Shown here piece after piece: positions 35,989-49,144 of a stretch of DNA of 64,000 nucleotides. The stretch covers positions 3,100,001-3,164,000 of the forward strand of contig NC_081358.1 of NCBI RefSeq assembly GCF_030684315.1, given 5' to 3'. The notes under the pieces were generated by a model, which saw only the letters and a program-made list of their open reading frames with translations, did not search any database and was not told the DNA's origin. Both the position numbers and the translations under genes were made by a program. Each line of letters opens with the position of its first letter. The stretch's first letter is position 1. The DNA is from Stegostoma tigrinum (lineage: Eukaryota).

Positions 35989-36923
35989 GTTTTTCTAGAC
36001 AAATTATAAACAAGGTTCGATCAGATTAAAGATCACCCTGCCCTTTAGACGCGCTTTCTCAGACGCTTATTAACTCGCCCGCAGTTTAAAGTTCCCAATA
36101 TAATTAAACCGTAGCGATTCTAAACCGAGTCTAACGATTTTCTATTCAGTTTCTGTTAGGGAACCAAGAGCAGGTTCTGCCCTTGAAACCGGTTAGTACA
36201 AATATTGTACTAGGACAATTTCTGACACGGAATGCAATATCTTAACAGCATTTATATTGCAAATGTAACTTTTATTTCAATACGTTATTCCATCCGTGCT
36301 AATGCCCCACTTGTGAAATACGCCGGATTCATAAGAATCAGTTCTGAAATCTGTAAATTTGATAAATTGCCACTAGAATGGAGGGGAAAAATAAACTTTT
36401 GATACCTCGCGGGTTCTCCCGAACAACGGCGGAACTTCGTTGGAAGATCCGCTGCAACTCCGGGCATAACGGCGCAAAGGCTACAATGTTTAAAGCAACC
36501 CCGAAGGACGAGTAAAGGTCCGTGCATCAAACTCATAAAAGTTTGATGGTGTGAAACCCGAGCAACATGATCATTATTCAATTCACAGTTGCCCATTTCA
36601 GATTATAGTGAAATATTGATCCTCCGGTAAGGACGGAGAAATGAAACGTTTAATGAAAGATAAACGCGAAAGCGTTATTCCCAATGTCTCAACTGCGGAA
36701 AATTATCATGTTAACGTTTCGAATTCCTTATGGAGTCGACCCCCTCGGTCTAGGAGATTCCGAGCTTCCACAAGCACGCGTTGCTTACTCAAGGCCATCA
36801 CCGGCAGTTTCCAAATGGGCAGACTGCCTGATTCAAGTTTCCATCCCCTCTCACCATTTAACGGATCGCTCAGTATTCGGACTGTTTCTAATCTATGTTC
36901 TGTCTTTCTTTCCCTCGCTGTAG

Positions 36924-37001
36924 CTAATGAAAAACCTAATGATATTCCAGTCCCGACGTGTCAGCCCAGTGTTCAGAACACATCAACAATCGTGATTGAA
37001 G
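36924..37001 (+). CDS. TRGC: TRGC exon 2 (connecting peptide with interchain Cys)
   Basis: Pyrimidine-rich acceptor tgTAG; ANEKPNDIPVPTCQPSVQNTSTIVIE; donor GTAATT at 37002; phase 1/1. Confidence 0.88.
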
Positions 37002-37299
37002 GTAATTCTTGCCGCGTGTGATCCGGTTTGCCAGTCTAGGAGAGGTTCCTACTGTTGAGACAATTAACTCAGAGCACAGGCCGTGAAGCTGGACTCAGCG
37101 TAGCTGGTGTTCTCTGGGTCTACACCCACACAATGGGCAGGAACTCTTAACATTGTCAGAAAACCATGGTTCTTCAGGGAAGGCAGTCTGCTGCCCATGC
37201 CGGGGTCTCACACACAACAAATCCAGACCGTTCTCACTGAAGGATTGATCAGCCAGAGAAAGGTTTAGAAAAACAAATAAACTGAGCGAAGTAACACAT

Positions 37300-39600
37300 T
37301 GGGAAAGCTGGTCTCAAAACGATCAGAATGGTACCTAGGAAAGTAAACTGGGGAAAGGAACACTTCTGACTAAGGAAGAACTAGAACAGCAACGGAAACT
37401 TTCAAAGGACTGATGAATAGAGCCCAAGAGAAATAGATCCCACTGAAAAGCAAAAGCCGAACTAGACAGTAATAACAGACCATGAAGATATAGAGAGAAA
37501 TCAAACTAATGAGAAATGTGTACAACAAAAGAAAGGATAACAAATTTTAAAAAGTTAGGAAACGTCTTCACAAAAAAGGAAGACAAAGAGAGATTATATG
37601 AAATTAACTGACAGAGGAATACATTCTATACAGATATAAATAGCAAAGGGAAATAATTGGATAACTGCAGGACCACTAAGGGATACAGAGATGTTTCAAT
37701 AACGACACCAAAGCGGCAGAAATGTTAAATAGCTCATTCGCCCAGAGAAAGTAACGTGGCTCACACATGCCATTAAAATAAGAGATTAAAAAACATGTAC
37801 AGGCATTTAAAAATAAGAAAGGAGCGATCGAACGTAGAGAACATGCACAGATGTGTCCTTTCTAATCCTCCCTACGCTCTACCTCTCCCTTCTCCTTTAG
37901 CTTTTGGGTTAAACCATTTTTGTCCAAGATTTTGGCCATTACCTAAAAAGATCCTTACGGGGTTCGGGGTCATATTTCGATTGATTAGCTTTGACAAGAT
38001 GAAGCATCTTGAGATTTTTTTAAAAATCGCGATACAAATTCAAATGGTTTCGGATCCGGACGGATGCATCCACGCCTTTTATGAAAAGTTAGTGAAAAGC
38101 TGGGAGAGGCTTTTTACTTAATTTTAGAAAATCGCAAAATTAATGTGAAAGAGGAGAGGTCGACAATCAATGCCTTTTCGAAAATATGAAAAAAAGAGAG
38201 TAAACAGGTTTTTGGGAAATATAAGATCGATGGCAAAAATATGAAAAATAATAGAAATACATTAAATCTGGAAATAGAAAGCCTGTAGTCAGTTGCGTGT
38301 TCAGCTCATTTCCATTTAACTCCAGGCTTGGCTACTGGTTCTGTTGGTTACAACCTTTCAACTAGACACCCAAACATCTTCTCCAAAAGATATCATTCAA
38401 AAAACCTAGAGAATGGAAACGATTAGCCGGTACAGATTTCAAAAAGAGGTTGTGGCCGACCTTACTAAATTACTTCAAGAAGCAGCAGGACGAGTTGGAA
38501 AGTGTAATACGATAGAAAATTACATTTAGATTTTCAAAAAGGCCTCAATAAGGCACTGGCTAATTGACTCATGAATGGTGAAAGTGCGGGATCTGTGGAC
38601 AATGCAGAGCCAGGTCTCTTCAAAAAAGGAAGCCTGGAACGTGGTTAATCAGACGGGAAAACTGCTGAGATGTTGGGCAAGTGTTTATGCTGGGGACATT
38701 TTGTTCAGCATTTACACAATGATTTGAACTCACGAATTGGGCGAATAATTTCAACATTTCTAAATGGCAAATTGAGGGTCCGGGAGTTTAGTTAAAAGAC
38801 AGGAACCCAGTAATAAATTACAGGAAGACGTCTTTAAATTCCTAAAATGAACATGTTTTTAAGAATTAATTTTTCTTCTCGATAGGCGAGTGGATAGTAC
38901 AGTTTGATGGGAAGCATATTGAGGCAACATTACCTTTGGACAGTACATTTGTAAATTATCTAGAGGAACAGATTGAGCTGGGATACACAAATCATTAAAT
39001 GTAATTATGGAGATTAGAAAGGTTATATAAAGAAAAGGAGTTCTCTTCCAGTAGGATATGATTCAATAGGAGATAAGTTTTATGTAAATACGTGGAGAAG
39101 CTTGATTTGACCCCATTTGCACTCACTCTGAGTGGCGATGTTCTCTGCATTATAATTTACCAAGAGGCAGTGGAGAAGATGTAAACATGATTTACTAGGC
39201 TACCAGAACTGAGAAATTGCATCGAACCAAGAAAAATAAACAGGCTGATCAACTTTCCTGTGAAAGAGAGAGCTAAGGGACAAGCAAATATGTCTTTAAA
39301 ATTATAAAATTATTTTATGGGTAGCTGAAAAGCTTCCACTTGCTGAAAGAAACAAAACTAGAAAACGTAATATGAGGTTGTCACTAATAATTCTTGGAGG
39401 GATCTCAAAATTAAATTATCGAGAGGGTGGTTAGAAGGCAAAGTGAGTAAATGGATCAGCATTATTTCTAGGACTGGCATCGATACAGATAAGGGGAATC
39501 CAGACAAGCACGTGAACGAGAGAAGAGGGATATATTGAGTTGAGTCAAAGATAGGGTTTGGGAGCATAAACGAGAGGATGGAGCTGTTGGCCCGAATGGC
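37300..39600 (+). mobile_element. Highly degenerate CR1 ORF2 in TRGC intron 2
   Basis: Scattered CR1 motif remnants (ccggacggatgcatcc GPDG.HP-like, ttagattttcaaaaaggcc LDFQKA-like). Confidence 0.55.
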
Positions 39601-40138
39601 CTTCATCTGAGACTTAGTGAACCCCAGCACCACTTTGTCGGAACTCAGGATTTTTTTATTCTATTGCATGTTCTTGAGGTGCGATTTGTCTTCCTCCAAA
39701 TATTGAACAGCTTTTAGTCTTTTCGGGTGAGAATTTCTTGCTGTACAACCTGATGTTTTATCCCTATTTAAGTGAGATTGGTCTCTGGTTTAGAGAAATC
39801 TACCAAAACTGGAATTTATTAATTCCAGATAAACAGGAAGCAGCTTTCTTTCCATGATTTTATGTGCGAAATGATTAAGACTGGTACTATAATCTGACAG
39901 TCCATTTTAAGTATGGGTTTATGACAATACTCTATCCAATTACGAACAGCAAAAGCTTACTAAATCACTACAAGTACTTTGTGAAATCTGCCGGATCAGT
40001 TTTTCACCGGCTGTAGTTTACAGGCGTAGGTCGTTGCCCATTTTTTTTTCAAATGATTCACTTCGCATTCAGCATGACCTCCGTTATTACAAAGCCGCAT
40101 TGCATAAATGCCGTGTTTTGTGTTTCTTCATTTCTCAG

Positions 40139-40269
40139 GTCAGCCTCTGAGTTCACTGAAGTTAGCGACTTTTACATACACACTGTTGTTGGTGAAGAGC
40201 GTGGTCTATTGTGGGATTATCTCCATCCTGTACAGGCTGGAGCACCGTGACGTGAAGAAGCCACTTTAA
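40139..40269 (+). CDS. TRGC: TRGC exon 3 (transmembrane + cytoplasmic tail)
   Basis: Acceptor tttctcAG; GQPLSSLKLATFTYTLLLVKSVVYCGIISILYRLEHRDVKKPL* with the antigen-receptor TM motif (Y..LL.KS..Y, charged Lys). Confidence 0.93.
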
Positions 40270-40620
40270 ACTGGTGTCAACAGCCTCCTATTTTAAAATT
40301 CTGATAATTTGGCTTTGGCTTTTGCTTGGATTTCCTGTTCATACCCAGAGATTGTAGTTTGCACTATCCGTTTGTGAACAGCTTACAGCTGTCATGTAAA
40401 TATATCCGGGTAGAGTTTTATTTTCAAGCTTGTGTATGTAGATAGTGATCAGAGCTTTCGGATGATTCACTTGTTGTTAATCAAGTTAATGCGATGTTTT
40501 TGCAGAAGTACTGTTTGATGTTTCCAATGTTGCTCTTTGCGAATTTTTCGCTACAGCTAAATTGCTGTCTTCGTTACACGTTCGTCTTGTAATTTTACTT
40601 CACAATTTTGCAACTTTGAC

Positions 40621-40626
40621 AATAAA
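40621..40626 (+). terminator. Putative TRGC polyadenylation signal
   Basis: First AATAAA after the stop, followed by a T/GT-rich downstream tract. Confidence 0.7.
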
Positions 40627-41029
40627 ATATTTTTCAAACTCATTTGGTTCTTTTTCCCTGTTTTACTGTCAGGGAGGCAGGGATCACCGATTTAGTAGTC
40701 TATGTTCTAACGAGCATCACTTGAAAATACAGCAGAAATTCCAAATGACTGCTCAAAATATCCCAGCTGACTCCTGCAAAGACTTCATCTATACCGTTAA
40801 TGTTTGATGTGAAGGAAATCACATCAATTCGTTAATCCGTTATGGATACTAGCGTTCTGTATACTAATGCGGACACCTAGACCAAGGACCAAGGGAAGTT
40901 TAATTTAAAATTGTAAACGGTAACAAAATCAGCAACAGAGATCACGAAGCTTTGGGATTGTGGTTCACTAATGTCCTGTAAAGCTGAAGCATAACTTCCG
41001 TGATTTTGCATTCATTTTCCCTCACAATC

Positions 41030-42560
41030 AAACGTAACATTCTGTTAGCTTTTTTGATTAATTGTTATACCTGCATATGAACCTTTTGTGATTCATGCAC
41101 TGGGATACCCAGATCTGTCTCCCTATCAGAGCTCTTCAAGCTCTCACTATTTAGGTAATACACGTATTTTGCCCTTTTTTGTTTCAAAATGGTCAATTTA
41201 ACACTTTCTCACATCATATTCAAATTGTCCACTCATTAATGTCTTTTTGTAGCTCCTTATGCCTTCTTGATAACTCACGTCCATATCTAACCCGGAGCCA
41301 TGTCGTCATCAAATTTAGCCACCGTACCTTGAATTCCTTCATCTGAATTATTTATATAGATTAAAAGAGTTGAGGCCCAAACTCCGACCCCTCTGGTGTA
41401 CTATTTGTGACAACCCGCCAGCTTAAAAAAAGATTCCTTCATTTCTACTCACTTTCCACTCCTTCCTACTATCGGCTTCCTGTTAGCTAACGAACCTTGT
41501 GTCCTTGTCAATATCGTGCCCCCAACTTACACACTTAATGGTAAGGCCCTGGAGAGTGTTGCCGAACACAGAGACCTTGGAGTGCATGTTCTTAGTTCCT
41601 GCAAAGTGGAGTTGCAGGTAGACAGGGTAGAGAAGAGGGTATTTAGTATGCTTGCCTTTATTGGCTAGTGCATTGACTATAGGAGTTAGAAGGTCATGTT
41701 GCGACTGTACAGCACATCGGTTAAACCACTTGTGGAGTATTACGTTCGCTTCGAGTATTCTGTTATAGGAGAAATGTTGTGCAACTTGAAAGGGTTCAGA
41801 AAAGATTTACAAGGATGTTGCCAGGGTTGGAGGGTTTGAGCTATAGGGAGAGGCTAAATAGGCTGAGGCTGCTTTTCCTGGTGAATCAGAGGCTGAGGGG
41901 TGACCTTATCGAGGTTTTATAAAATCATAAGGGGCAGGCTTAGGGTGAATAGATAAGGTATTTTCCAGAGGATAAGGGAGTCCATAACTAGAGGGTATAG
42001 ATTTATGGTGAGAAGGGAAAGATTTACAAGGGTGGTGATACGGAATGAGGGGCCAGCGGAAGTAGTGGAGACTGATGCAATCACAATATTTAAAAGGTAT
42101 ATGAATAGGAAGGGTTCAGGGGGATACGGCCCAAATGCCGGACTAGACTTATTTAGGATATCTGGTCGACATGGACGGGTTGGATCGAAGGGTCTTTCAC
42201 CGTGCTATACGACTCTATCAGACTCTAAATTGATCGGATTCCTTCTGGAAAATTAAGTGGAATATGTCAACGAGACCCCCCTTATCTACAGCACAAGAAA
42301 CTTCTTTAAAGAATTCCAATAAATTAGCTTAACATGTTCTCCCTTCTGCAAAACCATGCTGGTTCTGTCCGATAACCTTGGCCTTATCCAATCTTTAAAC
42401 GTGGCTTCTAGCGTTTTTTCTTTGACAGATATTAAACTAATTGGTCTGTATCTTCCCATTTTCTGTGTCCCTCACCTTTCGAATAAAAGAATTACCATTA
42501 CTACTTTCCAATTTAAAGGAACCTTCCCAGAATCTAATGAGTTCTCGAAAATAAAGACCA
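41030..42560. mobile_element. Old minus-strand CR1 with a nested plus-strand CR1 3' fragment (~41536-42226)
   Basis: CR1 RT C-terminal motifs (LERVQKRFTRMLPGLEGLSYRERLNRL) and a ctatacgactct tail. Confidence 0.65.
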
Positions 42561-43577
42561 ACACATTATGTATCTCTATTTACAATAACAATAACCAGCG
42601 ATCATTTCTAAGATTTCTTTAGGTCTCACTTTAGTCAAGAATTAATGGTGCAGGTGCAGACTTGTAGTGAATTTGCTGACAAGATTCAGAAGCACTGAGG
42701 TCGTCTATCAAGTCCACACTGAAAACAGGGCATTCTCAAGGGCAGTTAGAGCTGGATAATAAATCTCCACGTCGTCCACTTCTGGGAAACGAAAAGAAAG
42801 CATATTCTGGGAAGTTTTTTGAAACCAATAATACCCATACTTCAAGTGTAGCATGGCGTCGGTTTTACAATCGCAGCAGTACATTTTGGAGAGGATAAAG
42901 CGGGGTGACCAGTGATTTGAGTCGGAGAACGTGATGCAGAATGACCCCGACAATGAGTTTTCGATCTCTTTTTTATATCCGCAGCTGAAGATGGACACTT
43001 GCTTCCCGTCATTTTTGCTGAGCAATCCCCTCAAGCTGGACATAACATATTTTTTCTCTCTAACCGTGAGAGATGGCCAGGGCTAAATACAAAACACTGT
43101 AACCCAGCTTATCTGTATTCAATTTTATTTAACACGTAATTCTGTGATTCCATTCGCGAATGTATGTTAGAAGTTATTGACTTCGTCGGTTCGTATATTT
43201 CCCTGAGACTCGCGAGGCAATGAATTTTGTTGACAAAATCTTGTCTCTCTACGGCATAATGTTCAGAACCGTTAAAAGTGGGAAAGACAGTAAATGAAGG
43301 GAGAATGTTATGTGCATTGTTCGAGTAGCGCGCTCTTCCCAAGAGAAATAAAAGATCGTGTTTGGATCGGCAAATATCTTTGGGTCAGTAACTCGCAATG
43401 CTCATGTGAACTCAGTCCCTTTGTCATCTATCATGAACATGACGGTAACATCCTAAATCCATGCTCTACAAAGGCACTTCCCATCGGCCCGTGGAAATAT
43501 CCACTCCGGCCGCCTGCCTCTCCGGTTTTGTCCAGAATCCGGGAGATGGAGTTTGTGTCCTTCTGGCGGCCTAAAGT

Positions 43578-43812
43578 AGGGGTGGCTCAGTCGTTAGCAT
43601 TGCTGGTTCACGGCGCCAGATTCTAGTTTTCGTTGGCCGCCGGGTGCTCCCGCAGCCTCCCACAGTCGAAAGATGTGCGGGTTGGTGGATTGGCCACATT
43701 AAATTACCCCTAGTGTGCAGGGTAGGCGAATTAGCCGTAAGAAATACGGGACGGTCTTTAGAGGAACAAGATGGGCCGAATGGCCTCTTTTGCCACTGTA
43801 GAGATTCTATGA
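43578..43812 (+). mobile_element. tRNA-derived V-SINE (HE1-like)
   Basis: A-box gtggctcagtcgttagca and V-domain cctcccacagtcgaaagatgtgc...ggattggccac..taaatt. Confidence 0.7.
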
Positions 43813-45908
43813 TAAGTGGGCAGGGGCATCGGGCTATGTAATCGTCAAGGGGAATAACAATCTGATCATGTCCCTTCGTGTGTTGATGCTGAGGCAGTTC
43901 CACCATCGTCTTACGTTGAAATGCAAAGAAACTTTAATCACACCAAGTAAGAGTATGCGTTTGGAGTTGATTTGCAGTGCATTTCAGTGCAACTGTGTTT
44001 ATTTTTAACACTTCAGGCAAGTTGAGCTTTTTACATTTGGTGATTTGTGTTAGAGGGTTTAATGTCAGTTCAGTACCAGCCACGTTGGCATTCACTCACT
44101 GTCAAAAGTGCTTGATCGATCCAACTTGGATCCATTTATTGCTCGCCGTGAGCATAGTTTTTCAGCTGTGATTTTCTTGTAAATGAACACTTGTCAAACA
44201 TAACCATTATGTTGTGGCAAATGGGATTCATTCGTACAAATAAAAAGGACTGAAATAGCGATACAGAAAAATCAACGAGAATGAAGGCGAGACCGGCTAA
44301 TGTGAGTCGAATCCTTTGTGATAACAAAGTGTGGAGCTGGATGAACACAGCAGGCCAAGCAGCATCTCAGGAGCACAAAAGCTGACCTTTCGGGCCTGGA
44401 CCCTTCATCAGAGAGATCGTTTGTGACTCGCGTTCTTACTGATTTTTTTCTGTGAGAGATACCCCGAATTGCAACACCCGCTTAATTCACTGAACCTCAC
44501 AAACCTTTCTCAGAGTTATCAGTCAGCAACGTTCGCGAGTTATTCGGGTTTTGTAGCTGCAGATTTTCTACCTTCAAAAATAAAATCATTCACATTTAGA
44601 CACTGCTTCAATCCAGCACCTATCGGGGCGATATACTTTAATTTCCCCATATTCAGGCCCAACTAAGGGCATATAAATTAGGTTTCATATTTAAACAGTT
44701 AAAGTGTTGAATTAAAGATTAAGCAAAAAAGCTCCTTTCTATAAGCTGCAGCAAATAACCTAGAAACAAAACTCCGTTAATTTGCACTAAAATTGCAATT
44801 TACAAAGTTACTGGTATAAAACATGTAGAACTATTAGAATCTGTCTTCTACCACAAGCGGTGTATATATTGACAGTTGATTCAAGCAGAGTCTGATTTTT
44901 GTACGTGAAGCCTCAAGGTTCAACAGACTTCACCTCTTTGAGGGGTTCTTTTTTGTCGTTCTTTTTGCCCTGACATTCTATATAAAAGTTTAGAGATTAG
45001 ATTAAGTTCACTATTTAACAAATGTTCAGTTAGATCTGGGGTGAAACAAGGCATTGTGAGTCTTTGGACAAAGGACTGGAAGCAGAGGTTAGGTACAAAC
45101 GGGTGATTTTATGGGTTGACGAGCTGTAACTAGTGCAAATAGGACTGGATCAGAGCTGGGCCTTTAATTGTTTCCAATCTATATTAATAACCTGGGTGAA
45201 TGGATCAAATGTCTGGTAGCTAAATTAGTTGATTGCCCCCATAATAGTAGCAAACAATATTATTAAGAGGAGATAGAGTCCGCAGATGGATTTAGATTCG
45301 TTAGGTGATTTGCTAAAACAATTGTCAGATGGAGCAAAAAAGTGGGAAAATGTGATCTTGTCCACTTCGGTAGGAAGTGTAGAAAAGTACATGGAGAGAG
45401 ATTGCAGGATTCTATGATACAGAAGGAGCTGGGCCTCCTGGTCTGTGCGTAACCAAGTGTTAGCTGCAGATACAGTAACGAAGTGTTTTTTTGGAAACAG
45501 AGTGGAATATAAAGTGGGGAGGTTTTACTAAAGCTATGCAGGGCCTTGATAAGACAACACCGGGAGTACTGGAAGATAACAAGGCGTGGGGCTGGATGAA
45601 CACAGCAGGACAAGCAGCATCTCAGGAGCACAACAGCTGACGTTTCGGGCCTGGACCCGTCATCAGTCCTGTACGAAGTTTTGGTTCTACTTTAATTTGT
45701 ATGCATACACATTGGCAGGAGCTCACGGGAGGGTTATATCTGAGGCGAACAGCATATTTAGTGAATAAAAGATGAAGATATTCAGCTTTTACCCATTGGA
45801 GTTTAGAATAATTAATGTTTTATTGAAACGCATAAGATCCGGAGAGGAATTGGATAGTAGAATTTCTTTAGTGCGAGGAACTAGTACTGGGGAGCACAGT
45901 TTATTACG

Positions 45909-47475
45909 TGGAACAGTCCCTCTTCCGCACCTACACAGGCCCCAAACCCCACCTCTTCCTCCGGTACATTGATGACTGTATCGGCGCCGCCTCTTGCTCC
46001 CCAGAGGAGCTCGAACAGTTCATCCACTTCACCAACACCTTCCACCCCAACCTTCAGTTCACCTGGGCCATCTCCAGCACATCCCTCACCTTCCTGGACC
46101 TCTCAGTCTCCATCTCAGGCAACCAGCTTGTAACTGATGTCCATTTCAAGCCCACCGACTCCCACAGCTACCGAGAATACACCTCCTCCCACCCACCCTC
46201 CTGCAAAAATTCCATCCCCTATTCCCAATTCCTCCGCCTCCGCCGCATCTGCTCCCATGACAAGACATTCCACTCCCGCACATCCCAGATGTCCAAGTTC
46301 TTTAAGGACCGCACCTTTCCCCCCACGGTGATCGAGAACGCCCTTGACCGCGTCTCCCGCATTTCCCGCGACACATCCCTCACACCCCGCCCCCGCCACA
46401 ACCGCCCCAAGAGGATCCCCCTCGTTCTCACACACCACCCTACCAACCTCCGGATACAACGCATTATCCTCCGACACTTCCGCCATTTACAATCCGACCC
46501 CACCACCCAAGACATTTTTCCATCCCCTCCCCTGTCTGCTTTCCGGAGAGACCACTCTCTCCGTGACACCCTTGTTCGCTCCACACTGCCCTCCAGCCCC
46601 ACCACACCCGGCACCCTCCCCTGCAACCGCAGGAAATGCTACACTTGTCCCCACACCTCCTCCCTCACCCCCATCCCAGGCCCCAAGATGACATTCCACA
46701 TCAAGCAGAGGTTCACCTGCACATCTGCCAATGTGGTATACTGCATCCACTGTACCCGGTGCGGCTTCCTCTACATTGGGGAAACCAAGCGGAGGCTTGG
46801 GGACCGCTTTGCAGAACACCTCCGCTCAGTTCGCAAAAAACAACTGCACCTCCCAGTCGCAAACCATTTCCACTCCCCCTCCCATTCTCTTGATGACATG
46901 TCCATCATGGGCCTCCTGCAGTGCCACAATGATGCCACCCGAAGGTTGCAGGAACAGCAACTCATATTCCGCCTGGGAACCCTGCAGCCATATGGTATCA
47001 ATGTGGACTTCACCAGTTTCAAAATCTCCCCTTCCCCTAATGCATCCCTCAACCAGCCCAGTTCGTCCCCTCCCCCCACTGCACCACACAACCAGCCCAG
47101 CTCTTCCCCCCCACCCACTGCATCCCAAAACCAGTCCAACCTGTCTCTGCCTCCCTAACCGGTTCTTCCTCTCACCCATCCCTTCCTCCCACCCCAAGCC
47201 GCACCCCCCGCTACCTACTAACCTCATCCCACCTCCTTGACCTGTCCGTCTTCCCTGGGCTGACCTATCCCCTCCCTACCTCCCCACCTACACTCTCTCC
47301 ACCTATCTTCTTTACTCTCCATCTTCGGTCCGCCTCCCCCTCTCTCCCTATTTATTCCAGTTCCCTCCCCCCATCCCCCTCTCTGATGAAGGGTCTAGGC
47401 CCGAAACGTCAGCTTTTGTGCTCCTGAGATGCTGCTTGGCCTGCTGTGTTCATCCAGCCTCACATTTTATTATCA
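45909..47475 (+). mobile_element. 5'-truncated young Penelope-like element (RT C-terminal part + GIY-YIG endonuclease + terminal repeat) inserted in a CR1 fragment
   Basis: 416-codon open frame with LRYIDD and VVYCIHCTRCGFLYIGET; TSD acagtttattacg 45896-45908 / acagtttaatacg 47476-47488. Confidence 0.92.
47383..47412 (+). ncRNA. Minimal type-I hammerhead ribozyme motif in the Penelope terminal repeat (identical core at 5100-5129)
   Basis: ct-CTGATGA-a-GGGT(ctag)GCCC-GAA-ACGT-C-ag. Confidence 0.7.
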
Positions 47476-47984
47476 ACAGTTTAATACGAGCTTGTCCTTG
47501 CAAGGCAGGGATAAGGAGATTTTTTTTAAATCAGACTGTTATTGATCTATGAAATTTTCACCTCCGGAAAGCAGGTGAATTTGTTCAAAGCTGAGTTAGA
47601 TTTTTGTTCAACCAGTGGGATCTGAGACCACGGTCACACTGGCCATGACCTTATGGATTGGTAGAGCAGACTTGAAGGGCCAAATAGCCATTTTAGTAAA
47701 ATTCCAGATGAATTAATACTTTAATGACCTGCTAGGCTGGAACACCTCTATCCAGTTCGGATGTGATACCCATATTATATCCCGAATCACATTTACTGTC
47801 TCCTGACTCCAACATTATAGCCTTTGTCTGCATTACCCATGCCTGACTGGTTATGGGACTTTGCAACTGAGCCAGTGAAAAAGTATCAAACTTCACGCAC
47901 TTTTCAAAGCTCACAGTCACTGTATCGTCCATAATGCCCCTCAACCTTTAAATTAAAGAAAAGTCATTTCTGAAGAAGGGCCTA

Positions 47985-49057
47985 ACAGGAAGCAAAGAGT
48001 GGGGATAAATGAGTGCTATTCTGGCTGGCAATCAGTGGCTAGCGGTGTGCCTCAGGGATCGGTGTTGGGACCACAATCATTTATAATTTACATAGATGAT
48101 TTGGAGTTGGGGATCACGTGTAGGGTGTCAAAGTTTGCAGATGACACTAAAATGAGTGGCAGAGCAAAGTGTGCAGAAGACTGTGAAATTTTGCAGAGGA
48201 ACATAGATACATTGAGTGGGCAAAGGTCTGGCAGATGGAATACAATGTAAATAAATGTGACGTCATACATTTTGGTAGGAGTAGTAGTAAAAAAGATTAT
48301 TACTTGAATGGTAAAAAGTTGCAGCATGCTGCTATGCAAAGGGACCTGGGTGCCCTTGTGCATAAATCACAGAAGGTTGGTCTGCGGGTACAGCAAGTAA
48401 TTAGGAAGGCAAATGGAATTTTGTCCTTCATTGCTAAAAGGATTGAGTTTAAAAGCAGAGAGGTTATGCTGCAGCTCTACAAGGTGCTGGTGAGGCCACA
48501 CCTGGAGTGTTGCATGCAGTTTTGGTCTCCTTACTTGAGGAAGGATGTACTGGCACTGAAGGGGGTGCAGAAGAGGTTCACCAGGTTGATTCCGGAGTTG
48601 AGGGGGTTGGCTTATGAGGAGACACTCAGTAAATTGGGATTATATTCATTAGAATTCAGAAGATTGGGGTGGGGGGATCGTGTAGAAACATAAAATTATG
48701 AAGGGAATAGATAAGATAGAAGAAGAGGGGTGTTTCTACTGGCAGGTGAAGCTAGGACAAGAGAGGATAGCCTCAAGATTAGGAGGAGCAGATTTAGGAC
48801 TGAATTGAGAAGGAACTTCTTCACCCAGAGGGTTGTTAATACATGGAATACCTTGCCCAGTGAAGGAGTTGACGCTACTTCAGTTAACGGTTTTAAAGCT
48901 AAGGTAGATAACCTCTTTGAACAATAAAAGAATTAAGGGATATGGCGAGAGCGCAGGCAAGTGGATCCGAGTCCACGAAAAGATCAGCCATGATTTTACT
49001 GAATGGGGAGCAGGCTCGAAGGGCCGGACGGCCTACTCCTGCTCCTAGTTCTTATGT
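47985..49057 (+). mobile_element. CR1 RT 3' fragment
   Basis: GVPQGSVLGP, KFADDTK, VRPHLECCMQFWSP, FFTQRVVNTWNTLP. Confidence 0.85.
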
Positions 49058-49144
49058 TCTAGGCCCTAAACGTCAGTTTTCCTGCTCCTCTGATGCTGCT
49101 TGGCCTGCTGTGTTCATCCAGCTCTACACTTTGTTATCTCAAAA

